Below, piece by piece: positions 7,277 through 17,701 of a DNA stretch of 64,000 nucleotides. The DNA is from an uncultured Candidatus Saccharibacteria bacterium (GTDB taxonomy: Bacteria; Patescibacteriota; Minisyncoccia; Phycocordibacterales; SW-6-46-9). The notes under the pieces are model-generated. The model worked only from the letters and a program-made list of their open reading frames with translations, was not told where the DNA came from and did not search any database. Numbering within the stretch: the first letter of the stretch is position 1; every line of letters begins with the position of its first letter. The translations under genes were made by a program, and so were the position numbers. The stretch lies in assembly GCA_964534365.1 (NCBI GenBank), contig CAZHOI010000001.1:188171-252170 (forward strand). Direction: 5' to 3'.

Positions 7277-9514
7277 TTAATCGAAAAAATCGTCGTCGGA
7301 AATATCAGATTCGCTAGCTTCAGTTGATAGATCACTGCCGTCATCAGTGCGGATATAGACCACTGATGGTCCGCAGCTGGTTGCTTCAGTACCAACAGCA
7401 GTTTGAGTTACAACAGCACTGTAATTGGAATCAATACAACCAAAGAAATCTGGATTAGGTAGTGGTAATTGCACTAGGAATTCGCTGTTAGCTGCATTAC
7501 ATGTTGCCTGAACTCCTGTATTAGTACTGACAAAATCACGCAATTCTTGCACCGCATCACTGGCACAAAAATTGTTGAAACTACCCTCATTATCGCGATA
7601 AACCGATGCATCACTGCCTAACAAACGCAGACGATCCATAATTACCACCTCTTCACCAGGACCTAATTGTTGCAAAATGGAAATAATTTCATCTGATGGA
7701 ACCACGTTTGGTGGAGCAGTTATGGCTGATCCTGTGTAATCGTAATCAAACGAAATATTGATATTGCTGGCTCCAGATTGGTGAATTAATTGTGCGTCAA
7801 CCTCTTGAATCAGTCGTGTATTTCGGTCGATTTGCGCCTGTCCTTCAACTGATAACAAACCACTATAATCAAACATATCATTAAAGAAAGCGGTGTTTTG
7901 CGGGATGCGCGAGTTAAAACTATCAACATCAAAACTAAAATCAAACATATCCACTGCACCACTGGCACCATCTATGGTATTTTTATATTCAAATTGTAAA
8001 ACATCACTGTTATAAAGGTCGGTTAAAGAACTGGATACAGCGTTTACCACATCAGATAAATTAGTAGGGGGATTTCCTGACAATAGCGACAGCACTGACG
8101 ACACGTCACCGTCGCCCTTGATTTCGAACCATTCATTGGGGACCTGATCCAGTGGACTTACGTTTGGTAGTTCCCTGAATTTGGCAAATGACCGGCTGCC
8201 ATCATAGGCAAAGTCCAGCGTAATCTCGCCTAAACTAGCACTAAACCCATTTTTATTTGATTGAGTGTTTACCAAACCCCTTACATTGATTGGCAATGTA
8301 GTAGAATTGGCAACCGCTGCAACGGCCGGCGGGGTGTCGGCAGTAGGATTATTAATATTAAGCGGCAATTCACCTGAGGCAGCATATGAAACATATTGCA
8401 CCGTATCAAATGCACTTATGATTTGGTCCGGGGAATAATCAGGGGTAGTACCAATTAATCGCGGTAGAAAAGTTGCGGCGGCAGCGGCGAGGGCAACCAG
8501 AAGCAATATAGCAATCACCAGAATAGTTATTTTTTTATTTTTTGATTTATCGGTCGATTGTGATTGAAGTTTAGCTTTAGGATTGGCATTTAAAGACTGA
8601 CGGGGCAATCTAGCAGATTGTTTCATCGTATTACCTTTAACCGATGGTCGGTAAACTAAACCTGAGTTTTCGGTTTGAGTCGGTTTATTTTGCTCAGGTT
8701 GAATACGCATTTGGTCATTTGATTCACGACTATCAGACAAAGCTCGCTTCTTATCCGCAGAGGCCGCAGAGACCAATTTATTTGGTGATTGACCAGGCTC
8801 TTCCCCTTTGCCTAACGAACTATTGTCATCAGTCGATTTATTTAACTGCCAATCAGCTGCGCGGCGATATTTGATATTACTGGCTGATTTAGGTTCAGCA
8901 GTATTAGGTGATCCTAATACATCAATAGGAGTTGCGGCAGCAGAACGCTGGACAGGACTCGTATTAAATTGCTCTGGCTGTTTTCCCTGCTCTGTTGCGG
9001 GGGCTTGATTGGTTCGATTAGTTTGGGACTTATTATCTCTGTTTTGATTTAATCCTTCTACCCTAGTTACTGAATCAGTATTATTGCCAGTATCATTTAG
9101 AGTAATATTATCCCCTTGATTAATAGTAGATTGTTGTAGCTTTTGCCTGAGTTGTTGCAGATTTTCAGCTGCATTGGATCCAGTACTTGATTGGACCCCG
9201 GACTGTGTCGCATTACTTTTATCATTGCTATCGGGACCACTAGTGTCGGCGGTCGAGTCATCAGCAGATTTTTTATTCCCTGTAGCCGAATTATCTGAAT
9301 TATCACCAACTTCAGCTGAACCAGTTCTGGATTGATCAGAGGCCAGATTATCTGAGGTGTCATTTTCGCTAGCAACGGTATCAACCACTCCAAACGCTTC
9401 ATTAATATCATCACCGGTCCAACCGGCTTGCAGCAGGGTCATTTTTATCGAATTTTTATCCACTCCGCGGTTTTTTTGATATTCAACGTAGCGCAATAAT
9501 TCTTCGGTAACCAT
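7277..9514 (-). CDS. hypothetical membrane protein (disordered N-region, single TM, C-terminal pilin-like Cys domain)
   Basis: 745 aa ORF; N-terminal IKMTLLQAGW motif, low-complexity linker, TM, C-terminal CIDS motif. Confidence 0.65.
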   Translation of the reverse strand: MVTEELLRYVEYQKNRGVDKNSIKMTLLQAGWTGDDINEAFGVVDTVASENDTSDNLASDQSRTGSAEVGDNSDNSATGNKKSADDSTADTSGPDSNDKSNATQSGVQSSTGSNAAENLQQLRQKLQQSTINQGDNITLNDTGNNTDSVTRVEGLNQNRDNKSQTNRTNQAPATEQGKQPEQFNTSPVQRSAAATPIDVLGSPNTAEPKSASNIKYRRAADWQLNKSTDDNSSLGKGEEPGQSPNKLVSAASADKKRALSDSRESNDQMRIQPEQNKPTQTENSGLVYRPSVKGNTMKQSARLPRQSLNANPKAKLQSQSTDKSKNKKITILVIAILLLVALAAAAATFLPRLIGTTPDYSPDQIISAFDTVQYVSYAASGELPLNINNPTADTPPAVAAVANSTTLPINVRGLVNTQSNKNGFSASLGEITLDFAYDGSRSFAKFRELPNVSPLDQVPNEWFEIKGDGDVSSVLSLLSGNPPTNLSDVVNAVSSSLTDLYNSDVLQFEYKNTIDGASGAVDMFDFSFDVDSFNSRIPQNTAFFNDMFDYSGLLSVEGQAQIDRNTRLIQEVDAQLIHQSGASNINISFDYDYTGSAITAPPNVVPSDEIISILQQLGPGEEVVIMDRLRLLGSDASVYRDNEGSFNNFCASDAVQELRDFVSTNTGVQATCNAANSEFLVQLPLPNPDFFGCIDSNYSAVVTQTAVGTEATSCGPSVVYIRTDDGSDLSTEASESDISDDDFFD

Positions 9515-9634
9515 AGACTTATTGTAACAGCTTTAAATTAACATCTATTAGAATGTCAACATTTTATTACCGTGTCCAAACTATGGATTTTAATTCAGAA
9601 CATTTTATAATCTGATTGGACCAACCACAGACTC

Positions 9635-9943
9635 ATGTACTACCAAGGATCAGTAGAAGCTGTAATTGCAGCGTATCAAAAAGCCTTTCCACATGTCGAG
9701 CCCAAATTTATTGATCTAGACGAAATTGACCTAACCAAACCAGTCGATCCATCATATGTGCTATGGATGTGTCAGAAAATTAAACATGAAAAGCCAAATT
9801 CTTATGAAAGTGCTGTCAAAATGGGACGTTGGATTGGTTGGATCTTTCGAGAAGTAGAACTTCGCGGCTTATGGCCAAACAGTTACAGCCGAGATCTCTC
9901 AAGAGCTGACAAACAAGCAGGTCGAGATCTACCTCATCAATAA
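9635..9943 (+). CDS. hypothetical protein
   Basis: 102 aa ORF with own -10 (TATAAT 9606-9611) and a downstream hairpin. Confidence 0.55.
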   Translation: MYYQGSVEAVIAAYQKAFPHVEPKFIDLDEIDLTKPVDPSYVLWMCQKIKHEKPNSYESAVKMGRWIGWIFREVELRGLWPNSYSRDLSRADKQAGRDLPHQ

Positions 9944-9999
9944 CCGTACTCCCTAGGCACGCTTTAATCAGCGTGCCGATTTCTTTATAATCCTATTAT

Positions 10000-10536
10000 A
10001 TGAAAGCACTATTTATAAGGCATGGCGAAAGTGAATTTAATAAAAAAGGTTTCATGACTGGAATTACTGATGTAGGTTTAACCAAAAAAGGTTTTCAACA
10101 AGCAAAGCAGGTAGCAGAAAAACTACACGATAGTAATTTTGATCAAATTATTTGCTCGCCGTTATTACGAGCTCGACAAACCGCCAAACCTCTGGCAGAG
10201 ATAAGCCGCCTTAAACCGATCTTGTGGGAAGAGCTTTATGAAGTTAATTACGGTCAATGCCAAGGCGCACCAAAAGAATATGATCTCAGCAGTTTAGAAA
10301 TGATCGCGCAGAAATTGTGCCCCGGATCAGAAACTTTAGCGGAATTAGAATCGAGGGCCGGTATTGTTGTTGCAAAATTAAAAAGCTTAAAGTCCGATAA
10401 AGTTGTAATAGTTGGTCACCGCACATTTACCTCGATTATATTTGCGGTGCATAAAGGATTAGATCGATCTGAATTTGCTGAATTCAGAAAAGGATGGGAG
10501 TTTAAGAATGGGGAAATTAAGGTTTTAATAGTATAA
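10000..10536 (+). CDS. histidine phosphatase family protein
   Basis: RHGES motif, SPLLRARQT, VGH. Confidence 0.9.
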   Translation: MKALFIRHGESEFNKKGFMTGITDVGLTKKGFQQAKQVAEKLHDSNFDQIICSPLLRARQTAKPLAEISRLKPILWEELYEVNYGQCQGAPKEYDLSSLEMIAQKLCPGSETLAELESRAGIVVAKLKSLKSDKVVIVGHRTFTSIIFAVHKGLDRSEFAEFRKGWEFKNGEIKVLIV

Positions 10537-10540
10537 AAAA

Positions 10541-11086
10541 CTACCGCACATCGTCACGGATTTTTTCGAACTCTTCATCCGTAATCAGAGTTTTTATATC
10601 TGTCATTCGATCTACAAATAATATCCCATCTAAATGATCTAATTCGTGCTGAAATACCCGCGCCCCAACCCCTGATAAACTTGCCTCGACCTGTTGACCA
10701 GATTCATTTATATAACTGACCTCGATTGTATTGGGACGCCTAACTTGACCCCAAAATCCTGGGGCCGACAAGCACCCTTCCCAATCGACCGATGTGTCGT
10801 CCGAGCGCCATCTCATTAACGGATTTAGGCAAATGACTGGTCCTGTAATTGGTCCCAGGGTCTTTTCCTGCCAGTCATTGCGATAGATGTCTGCTAAAAA
10901 TATACGCCAGGCAAGATTAATTTGCGGCGCAGCCAAGCCAATACCATGTTCAGGGATCGAGGATTTGAGGCTGGCAATTAACTCTTGTATCTCTGGGCTG
11001 GATATGTACTCAAGCGGTACAGCAGCTGATTTTTGGCGCAAAGTCGGATGTCCAAATTGGATAATTTTTCGCTGATGATTGGTCAT
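10541..11086 (-). CDS. def: peptide deformylase
   Basis: GIGLAAPQ, EGCLS, QHELDHLDG motifs. Confidence 0.95.
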   Translation of the reverse strand: MTNHQRKIIQFGHPTLRQKSAAVPLEYISSPEIQELIASLKSSIPEHGIGLAAPQINLAWRIFLADIYRNDWQEKTLGPITGPVICLNPLMRWRSDDTSVDWEGCLSAPGFWGQVRRPNTIEVSYINESGQQVEASLSGVGARVFQHELDHLDGILFVDRMTDIKTLITDEEFEKIRDDVR

Positions 11087-11087
11087 A

Positions 11088-11615
11088 TTAGCTAGACTTG
11101 GAGGTAGTGGTTGAGGCAATGGTCGAAATAACGATTATGGCCCCAAACATGGTTAGAGCCATAGTAGGAATAGTGACCAGCCCAAATACATTCACCCACA
11201 ATGTATCGCAGCTAGCCGATTGACCAACGCTGCTACAAGTTAATCCCGAGGTTGGCAATCGTTGTTCGATTACGTGATATAGGGAAATTGCAAAACCAAC
11301 AATTGCCAAGGTTTTTGCATAAATTAATGATTTAGGATCTTTGATTGCAATTCCTAAATAAGCAATTAATACAATCGGATACATAAATATTCGCTGATAC
11401 CAGCACAACTGACATGGTTCATATCCAATAATTTCGGAATACCATAGCGATCCAATAGTGGCCGCTAATGAAACTGCCAGAATTAAATAAACTGGAATTA
11501 AATTATTCTCAGAAACTTTATTTTTATACCATCGATTCAAATCAGGAATTAAAGTAAAACCAATAATTGCTAGCCATACCGCAATGGCACCAATACCAAA
11601 AAACAGATCTGTCAT
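11088..11615 (-). CDS. disulfide bond formation protein B (DsbB/BdbC)
   Basis: PCQLCWYQRIFMYP motif, TM helices. Confidence 0.9.
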   Translation of the reverse strand: MTDLFFGIGAIAVWLAIIGFTLIPDLNRWYKNKVSENNLIPVYLILAVSLAATIGSLWYSEIIGYEPCQLCWYQRIFMYPIVLIAYLGIAIKDPKSLIYAKTLAIVGFAISLYHVIEQRLPTSGLTCSSVGQSASCDTLWVNVFGLVTIPTMALTMFGAIIVISTIASTTTSKSS

Positions 11616-11660
11616 ATTGTTACTATAACTAATTTCGAAGGTTATTTAAATGGCTAAAAC

Positions 11661-11990
11661 CTAATATTCGTCGACGTCTTCGGGTTCGTAATCAATTGCA
11701 TCATCCTCGTCATCATCATCAAATGCCCCTAGGTCCAGGTCGTCTTCATCATCAATATCATCCTCGTCAGCGACAAAATCATCGGATAATTCTTCGTCTA
11801 ATTCCACATCTGCGTCATCAACTTCATCATCAAATGCGTCCTCTAGGTTATTGCTATCACTTTCACTAGTTGCAAATAATTTAGCAGCAAATAACATTGA
11901 CAAATGAATTTGATTGAACAATCTTAAGGCAGTAAAAAAACGATCGTAATTAGTTGTGGTTGAAATGGTATTGACCATAATATTTGACAT
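11661..11990 (-). CDS. small highly acidic hypothetical protein (start uncertain)
   Basis: Asp/Glu-rich C-terminal ~65 aa. Confidence 0.5.
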   Translation of the reverse strand: MSNIMVNTISTTTNYDRFFTALRLFNQIHLSMLFAAKLFATSESDSNNLEDAFDDEVDDADVELDEELSDDFVADEDDIDDEDDLDLGAFDDDDEDDAIDYEPEDVDEY

Positions 11991-12043
11991 TATATGTTGA
12001 TTACGATTTGTAATATACACTGTTTTGACAAAGGCACAAGCAC

Positions 12044-12829
12044 TTATAATTGTATTAGTCCGGCAACAACTGCCAGAACTCCAAACCCGAATACAAAAAC
12101 ACTAAAATTGGCATCTTTGGCAATTCGCAGTAGCCAACCAATAGTTAAATATCCGACTATGGCAGCAGTAGCTAGAGCCACCACCCCACCGGGCGAGGTG
12201 ATAATTTGTAATCCCTCACCTTGCCACAGTAATAAGGCCGAGCCGATAATCATGATTGGCAGTCCGATTATAAAACTATTCTCAAGGCTAGCAGTTGTTG
12301 AAAACCCACGCCACAATGAAACCGCCGTAGTCGATCCTGATCGTGAGATGCCGGGAATAACTGCTAATCCCTGAGTAATTCCCAGCCATAGACCATCCAT
12401 TTTGCTGACATCGAATCTAGTCCTTATGTCCTGACCAGACCGCTTTAGCAACCAGGCAGTAAACAGCAAAGCGACACCCATAATTATAGTCAGGATTGAA
12501 CCGGCTGAATCACCGGCGGTTATTTGTTTTAACCCTAAATAAATGGGTCCACCTACTACTAGCGACATTGCCGTAGTCACAATTATAAACTGTCGATAAT
12601 TAGTTTTAGATCTGCTAGATTTCATCAGATTCAGTAGCTCATCTTTGAAATACCCGGCAATTGCCAAAGCTGTTCCCAGATGTAACAACAGTGCGGTGTC
12701 AATAATAGTTTGAGGCGATAAGCCCAGTAGTTGCACCCCAATAATCGCCACCATCGCCTCTGAAGAAACCGGCAGCCATTCGGCAATTCCTTGAATTAAA
12801 CCTAATAAAAAACCCTGCCAAACATTCAT
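12044..12829 (-). CDS. uppP: undecaprenyl-diphosphate phosphatase
   Basis: QGIAEWLPVSS and PGISRSGST motifs. Confidence 0.93.
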   Translation of the reverse strand: MNVWQGFLLGLIQGIAEWLPVSSEAMVAIIGVQLLGLSPQTIIDTALLLHLGTALAIAGYFKDELLNLMKSSRSKTNYRQFIIVTTAMSLVVGGPIYLGLKQITAGDSAGSILTIIMGVALLFTAWLLKRSGQDIRTRFDVSKMDGLWLGITQGLAVIPGISRSGSTTAVSLWRGFSTTASLENSFIIGLPIMIIGSALLLWQGEGLQIITSPGGVVALATAAIVGYLTIGWLLRIAKDANFSVFVFGFGVLAVVAGLIQL

Positions 12830-12882
12830 TGCAGGGATAATTATAACAGTTAATGTAGTGTCAAAGGATTGATTATTACCAA

Positions 12883-13119
12883 TTAATCGCGACTAACAAA
12901 TTTATTGAATTTGCTGTCTTCCTCGATGATTAAAGCTAATTTATTTTCTTCAAATAATTCAAAGAAATGCTCCCAATTAATTTCATGGAGCTCGTCTTCG
13001 CTGTCGCCAACATCAAATCGAAGGATGCTGGTATCCTTTTGTCCGTCATTAACTACTGCCGGCGAAGTATCATGGTTTTGTGCCCATTCTTTTATTTTTT
13101 TGTGATCAGTTATTTTCAT
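12883..13119 (-). CDS. conserved small hypothetical protein (stress-associated type)
   Basis: TDHKKIKEWA...WEHFFELFEENKLA pattern. Confidence 0.65.
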   Translation of the reverse strand: MKITDHKKIKEWAQNHDTSPAVVNDGQKDTSILRFDVGDSEDELHEINWEHFFELFEENKLALIIEEDSKFNKFVSRD

Positions 13120-13120
13120 A

Positions 13121-13339
13121 TTATTTTTTATTAACTTCTGAGTGAGATTTTAGCACCCGGTCGCCATCGTCTTGCTTGATTAGATATGCAGGATTATCAC
13201 TGTCGGCTTGACGGGTAACTTCGGTGCCTTTGATGGTTTTAGTCACTTCATCGGTATAAGACTCCTCTATCTGGCCAGAGGCGCTAGCGTTACCCCACGA
13301 CCATTCTACAGTGGTGCCCTGGTTATAAGTTTTCGACAT
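13121..13339 (-). CDS. DUF2945 / Hva1 TUDOR-like domain protein
   Basis: VEWSWG...RQADSDNPAYLIKQDDGDRVLKSHSE. Confidence 0.8.
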   Translation of the reverse strand: MSKTYNQGTTVEWSWGNASASGQIEESYTDEVTKTIKGTEVTRQADSDNPAYLIKQDDGDRVLKSHSEVNKK

Positions 13340-13478
13340 AGTTATTTAGATTAAGATAATACTTTCAATATAACTTAAAAACTTAATTTGTACAAATTGT
13401 TATAAATGTAATATAATAGACCATGTAGCTTAATGCAATTTGATACATATGCTATATTATCAACTGTAACAACTATTC

Positions 13479-13721
13479 ATGAAAAATAACGTGAAAAAAG
13501 ATTTAAAATCAACCACTGATGTTAGGGCTAACTTCCAAGATGTAATTGACAATGTGCATTACACCAAGACCCCGCTGATTATTACTAAGCGAAATAAACC
13601 TTGGGCAATCATTTATTCCCTACCAGAAGACGGATCCCTAGATACGATTGAAAAAGTAATGGCCAATAATAAAAAATTTGCTGACAATCAGTTTAATCGA
13701 TCTAGCAAAAATAAAAAGTAA
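13479..13721 (+). CDS. Phd/YefM family antitoxin-like protein
   Basis: STTDVRANFQDVIDNV...PLIITKRNKPWAII pattern. Confidence 0.75.
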   Translation: MKNNVKKDLKSTTDVRANFQDVIDNVHYTKTPLIITKRNKPWAIIYSLPEDGSLDTIEKVMANNKKFADNQFNRSSKNKK

Positions 13722-13735
13722 TGGAATAAAAAGTA

Positions 13736-14308
13736 ATGGCTCGCTTCCCTAATCATACCGGCATGAATGAAAATGCCGAGGTAGTAGAGCAAATTTTGCA
13801 AACTCAGCTGGCGACGTGTTTTGACCTGTATTCGCAAATTAAACAAGCTCATTGGAATCTGAAGGGTCCAGGATTTATTGGCATTCATCAAATGTTTGAT
13901 AATTTTGCTGAAGAAATTATTAATTTAGTTGACACGATTGCCGAACGAATTGCGGCACTGGGGGGTTATCCCTTGGGTTATTTATCCGCTGCCTCGGCAA
14001 ATTCAGAATTAGACAATCCGGTTGATGACCTGGTTCAAGACCTGGATTGGGTTGCTTTTATTCTGGACCAGCACCATCAGTATTCGACCAAATTATATAA
14101 TGATATTAAATCAGTTGGTCCTCTGGATCCTGCCAGCGAAGACCTATTAATTGAGATTGTGCGATCAATTGATAAAAATATTTACTTTTTATCAGGGCAT
14201 TTAGAAGATGACACCTCAGCCGAGGCATATGAAACTGGGTCTGATGTTGACCAGAACAAAGATGAAGAGACCGAAGTAGTTGATGATGGCGAGGACGCAA
14301 CTATCTAG
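13736..14308 (+). CDS. dps: DNA starvation/stationary phase protection protein Dps
   Basis: KQAHWNLKGPGFIGIHQMFD and DTIAERI motifs; acidic C-tail. Confidence 0.93.
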   Translation: MARFPNHTGMNENAEVVEQILQTQLATCFDLYSQIKQAHWNLKGPGFIGIHQMFDNFAEEIINLVDTIAERIAALGGYPLGYLSAASANSELDNPVDDLVQDLDWVAFILDQHHQYSTKLYNDIKSVGPLDPASEDLLIEIVRSIDKNIYFLSGHLEDDTSAEAYETGSDVDQNKDEETEVVDDGEDATI

Positions 14309-14312
14309 TAAC

Positions 14313-14798
14313 TTATAACTGATTATCGTTAGTGAACAAGTTAAGGTATTGTCCATAACCTCTTTCAGCCATTTTATTCGTGGGAATAAACTCGAGGGCG
14401 GCTGAATTTAAACAATAGCGCTGGCCAGTTGGGCTAGCAGTTGATGATTCAGATTCAGTAGTGGGACCATCAGGAAATACGTGACCCAAATGTGAATCGG
14501 CCTGCGACGAGCGCACCTCAATTCTCGCTTGCCACAGACTATTATCCTCTACTTCGATAATATTTACCCCGTCAATTGGTTTAGTAAACGATGGCCAACC
14601 GGTTCCTGATTCATATTTATCAATTGATGAAAATAGTACCTCGCCAGACACAATGTCCACATAAATTCCCTCTTGTTTATTATTCCAATACTGATTAACA
14701 TAGGGCGGCTCAGTTCCGTTTTTTTGAGTAACAAAATATTGCATTTTGGTTAGCTCTTTTTTTAATTGTTCTTTGTCGGGTTTAGAATATTTTTTCAT
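14313..14798 (-). CDS. msrB: peptide-methionine (R)-S-oxide reductase
   Basis: [29 protein letters not shown]. Confidence 0.95.
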   Translation of the reverse strand: MKKYSKPDKEQLKKELTKMQYFVTQKNGTEPPYVNQYWNNKQEGIYVDIVSGEVLFSSIDKYESGTGWPSFTKPIDGVNIIEVEDNSLWQARIEVRSSQADSHLGHVFPDGPTTESESSTASPTGQRYCLNSAALEFIPTNKMAERGYGQYLNLFTNDNQL

Positions 14799-14821
14799 AC
14801 TTTATAGATTGAGATCCCCAA

Positions 14822-16000
14822 TTAACCTTCCGCTCCTACTTCTGAACTTAGATCGCTAACTGCTGCGCCATTTAAAAACAATTGTACTCGATCAACCGCT
14901 TCAAACTGTAAAGCTGTTTCTTCGATCTGAATCTGCGCACGGGGCTCATCGCAAACTCCGGCAATCCCTGACAATTTACCCAGCAAATAAATTTGGGCTT
15001 CGCCATCAATTATAGTAGCTCGATCGAATGAAAGCGTGTCATTAGTATTGGGAATAAAGTGATTCAATTCACCAAGTTTATTATTATCAATTGCAAACAA
15101 CTGCCTTATCGATTCATTTAATGGCTGGGTGGTTGGTAAAATATTTCGCTCGATCAGCTCGACATTGTCACACCCTCGATCAGGTTCAGAATCAGCTGGT
15201 GATAGTAAGGCCAATTTAACCTGGGCCACGGGTTCAAGTTTAGTCACAGTTGGCAGTTCGCGATATGGCTCGATCGATTGGATCAAGTTGATGGCTCGTT
15301 CTTTGTCTGGGCTTGGCAACAAATTGTCATAGGTAATTTTCATGGCAGTACTGTCATCAAGGTTAATAACTGTTATTAACGTAGAATCAGTATTGGCTTT
15401 TAAATAGTTAAACCCATCTCTTCCCAATATGGAAATACTATCAACTTCGCCCTCTGCGTCAGGTGTCAGATTTTGGGCGGTTGCTGCCTCTTCCAATAAA
15501 TTGATTTCTATTCGTAATGATTTATTAGATGATTGATCAGTTATTGTAACTCCATTCTCTGATTGCGTTACGTTAGTTTTAGGAGGTTGAAGGAATGAAA
15601 AACCATATCCGACTAGAAAAACTTCAGAATAGAAACGTTCCCACGAGTCAATATTTAAATTATTTGAAAATTGATTTCTCTTAGCCAAACAGGATTTAGA
15701 AATAGTATCGCCGCCAGATTTAACCACCGCCTCGCCGTCAATTACCCAGAATAAATCTTGGCCGTTATCGGACTCAAATCGCAAGCTATTATTGGTTGAA
15801 ACTTGCTTGAGATCCATCACGACCCCTCCTGGTACAGTTACCGAGGCTTGATTACCTGTAACCACGACCTCCACCTCGACACCGTCACCGCAATCGTATT
15901 TAGCAACAACTGGATCAGGTTTTGGCAATAGCGCCAGAACCGCCATTATTACCACGACTAAAATGCCAATTCCAATTGCTAACAATTTGTAATTTTTCAT
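14822..16000 (-). CDS. membrane-anchored protein with MliC-like and GerMN-like domains
   Basis: N-terminal TM, YDC...C MliC-like segment, C-terminal GVCDEPRAQIQIEETALQF GerMN-like segment. Confidence 0.65.
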   Translation of the reverse strand: MKNYKLLAIGIGILVVVIMAVLALLPKPDPVVAKYDCGDGVEVEVVVTGNQASVTVPGGVVMDLKQVSTNNSLRFESDNGQDLFWVIDGEAVVKSGGDTISKSCLAKRNQFSNNLNIDSWERFYSEVFLVGYGFSFLQPPKTNVTQSENGVTITDQSSNKSLRIEINLLEEAATAQNLTPDAEGEVDSISILGRDGFNYLKANTDSTLITVINLDDSTAMKITYDNLLPSPDKERAINLIQSIEPYRELPTVTKLEPVAQVKLALLSPADSEPDRGCDNVELIERNILPTTQPLNESIRQLFAIDNNKLGELNHFIPNTNDTLSFDRATIIDGEAQIYLLGKLSGIAGVCDEPRAQIQIEETALQFEAVDRVQLFLNGAAVSDLSSEVGAEG

Positions 16001-16040
16001 GAGGTAAATACTAACTCAACTTGGTGATAGGTACCAGATT

Positions 16041-16478
16041 TTAGTCGATTGATCTTTTAGGAAGATATGTTGAAGCCATAATCAGAAATATCAGTGTTGT
16101 CGTTAGCGCTGACAGTAAACAGAATTGGCACCAATACTCAATCACAATTGCCTGCAAATAAATCAGATAAATACTGACCACCATTCCTATCGTGACTACA
16201 AACATGATCAGGTGGCGCAAGAAATTTAGTTGTTTATAGGCAAACCAAACCAATAATCCCAGCATTAATAGATAATAAATCAGGCCGTATGCAGCTAGGG
16301 GGATATTAAATAAACTGGCATAAGAGCTGGATAATACATAATTACAACCCCCGGTTAAAGAGCAGCTTACCGCAGTTGTAGAAATCCAATATTTGTAGGT
16401 TAAATAACCAGAATCTATTATCCCTATAATTGACAAAACAATTAGTAATCCTGTTTTATCCCCCCGTAACCATGACAT
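16041..16478 (-). CDS. vitamin K epoxide reductase family protein
   Basis: C...C-x-x-VLSSSYA and CQFC motifs, TM helices. Confidence 0.9.
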   Translation of the reverse strand: MSWLRGDKTGLLIVLSIIGIIDSGYLTYKYWISTTAVSCSLTGGCNYVLSSSYASLFNIPLAAYGLIYYLLMLGLLVWFAYKQLNFLRHLIMFVVTIGMVVSIYLIYLQAIVIEYWCQFCLLSALTTTLIFLIMASTYLPKRSID

Positions 16479-16528
16479 TATCTGCTGATTATAGCAGTTC
16501 AATTATTAAAACCAACTAGTCAAGACTA

Positions 16529-16864
16529 TTATTCTTTAGAATAATTATCATTATTTTTTAAAGTTTCTCGTTTCCTTCTAGACCAATCATAACCTGAATC
16601 ACCACCCCACAATAACCAAGACACATATCCATTTGACGGATTTTCATCATCGCCAAAATTATCAGCTTCTTTGTCAACTTCATGTCGCGAGAAATACGCA
16701 TACATGTCTTTTAATTCTTCCAGGGTAAGTTCAGTTTGATTAGCAATTTTTTCGGCCATAGCCATACCCTTGTCTGTTGCTGCATCAGAGTTTTTATTTT
16801 CACGTAAATCCAAACCCTTTTGGGCATTCTGTGCCATGTCTTTTGTTGGTGTTAAATCAGTCAT
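16529..16864 (-). CDS. hypothetical protein (domain resembling phage head-associated proteins)
   Basis: MYAYFSRHEVDK...PSNGYVSWLLWGGD motif. Confidence 0.6.
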   Translation of the reverse strand: MTDLTPTKDMAQNAQKGLDLRENKNSDAATDKGMAMAEKIANQTELTLEELKDMYAYFSRHEVDKEADNFGDDENPSNGYVSWLLWGGDSGYDWSRRKRETLKNNDNYSKE

Positions 16865-16888
16865 AATTTAATTTTACAGATTAATAAG

Positions 16889-17686
16889 TTAACTTTCCAA
16901 TAAGCCTATCATGTTGGCTTCGTCTCCAATATTTGACTTGTAAATCTTTATTTGTTCTACAAACGAATAATTCATAATTGTCTGGTTTACAGAATTTTGA
17001 ATCTGATCAATTTTATATGCTGGGGTGCCTAAAACCATACTGCCGGCCAAGACTAAATTTGATGCCGACCAGCCAATCGCCAGTTGGGCCAGGTCCATAC
17101 CTAGATCCTGCGACCGACATCTCCAAAAATCGTCATCATTGATTTGGTAGGGCTCGATTCTGAACTCATCTCGTACTGCGTGTCCGCCATAGTAATCCTC
17201 TAAGGTCAATTCTGGTTGGACGGTTGATCTAAGGTGGCCGGGCTCGAACCCAAAATCATTAATAGCAATTGATCCGTTAGTAATTCTGGCACCACCAAAA
17301 CCAGTACCAATTGCCAAATAACCAAAATGATTGATTCCCTGCCGAGACATCATATTAATTTGAGCCAGCGATCCTGCTTCAACATCATTTAGCAACAATT
17401 CTAAATTTAGACCTGGCCTTTGTAATTCATCTTTTAGATCTATCCCCTGCCAACTAGCATCTAAATTGGGGACAAAAATAATTTGACCATTTCGTACCCC
17501 GCCGGCAATCGCGCCTCTAATCACATTTATTTTAGCTTTGTCTGCATATCTTTTTAATTTGGAAATAAAATCTTCTACTTTTGCAGTTGGGAATTTTTCA
17601 ATACCAACTAATTGATTATCATTTGATCTAGCGATTCGCGTATTAGTCCCCCCAATATCAAAAACAATTTTATTCATTAAATTCAT
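16889..17686 (-). CDS. ROK family protein
   Basis: FDIGGTN, LND, IGTGFGG, EPGH motifs. Confidence 0.88.
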   Translation of the reverse strand: MNLMNKIVFDIGGTNTRIARSNDNQLVGIEKFPTAKVEDFISKLKRYADKAKINVIRGAIAGGVRNGQIIFVPNLDASWQGIDLKDELQRPGLNLELLLNDVEAGSLAQINMMSRQGINHFGYLAIGTGFGGARITNGSIAINDFGFEPGHLRSTVQPELTLEDYYGGHAVRDEFRIEPYQINDDDFWRCRSQDLGMDLAQLAIGWSASNLVLAGSMVLGTPAYKIDQIQNSVNQTIMNYSFVEQIKIYKSNIGDEANMIGLLES

Positions 17687-17701
17687 TATCACATAAATCG
17701 C

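Noticed and set aside
7120-7317. 65-aa ORF resembling the start of ORF 974
   Set aside because: Similarity is only translation of the tRNA 3' half.
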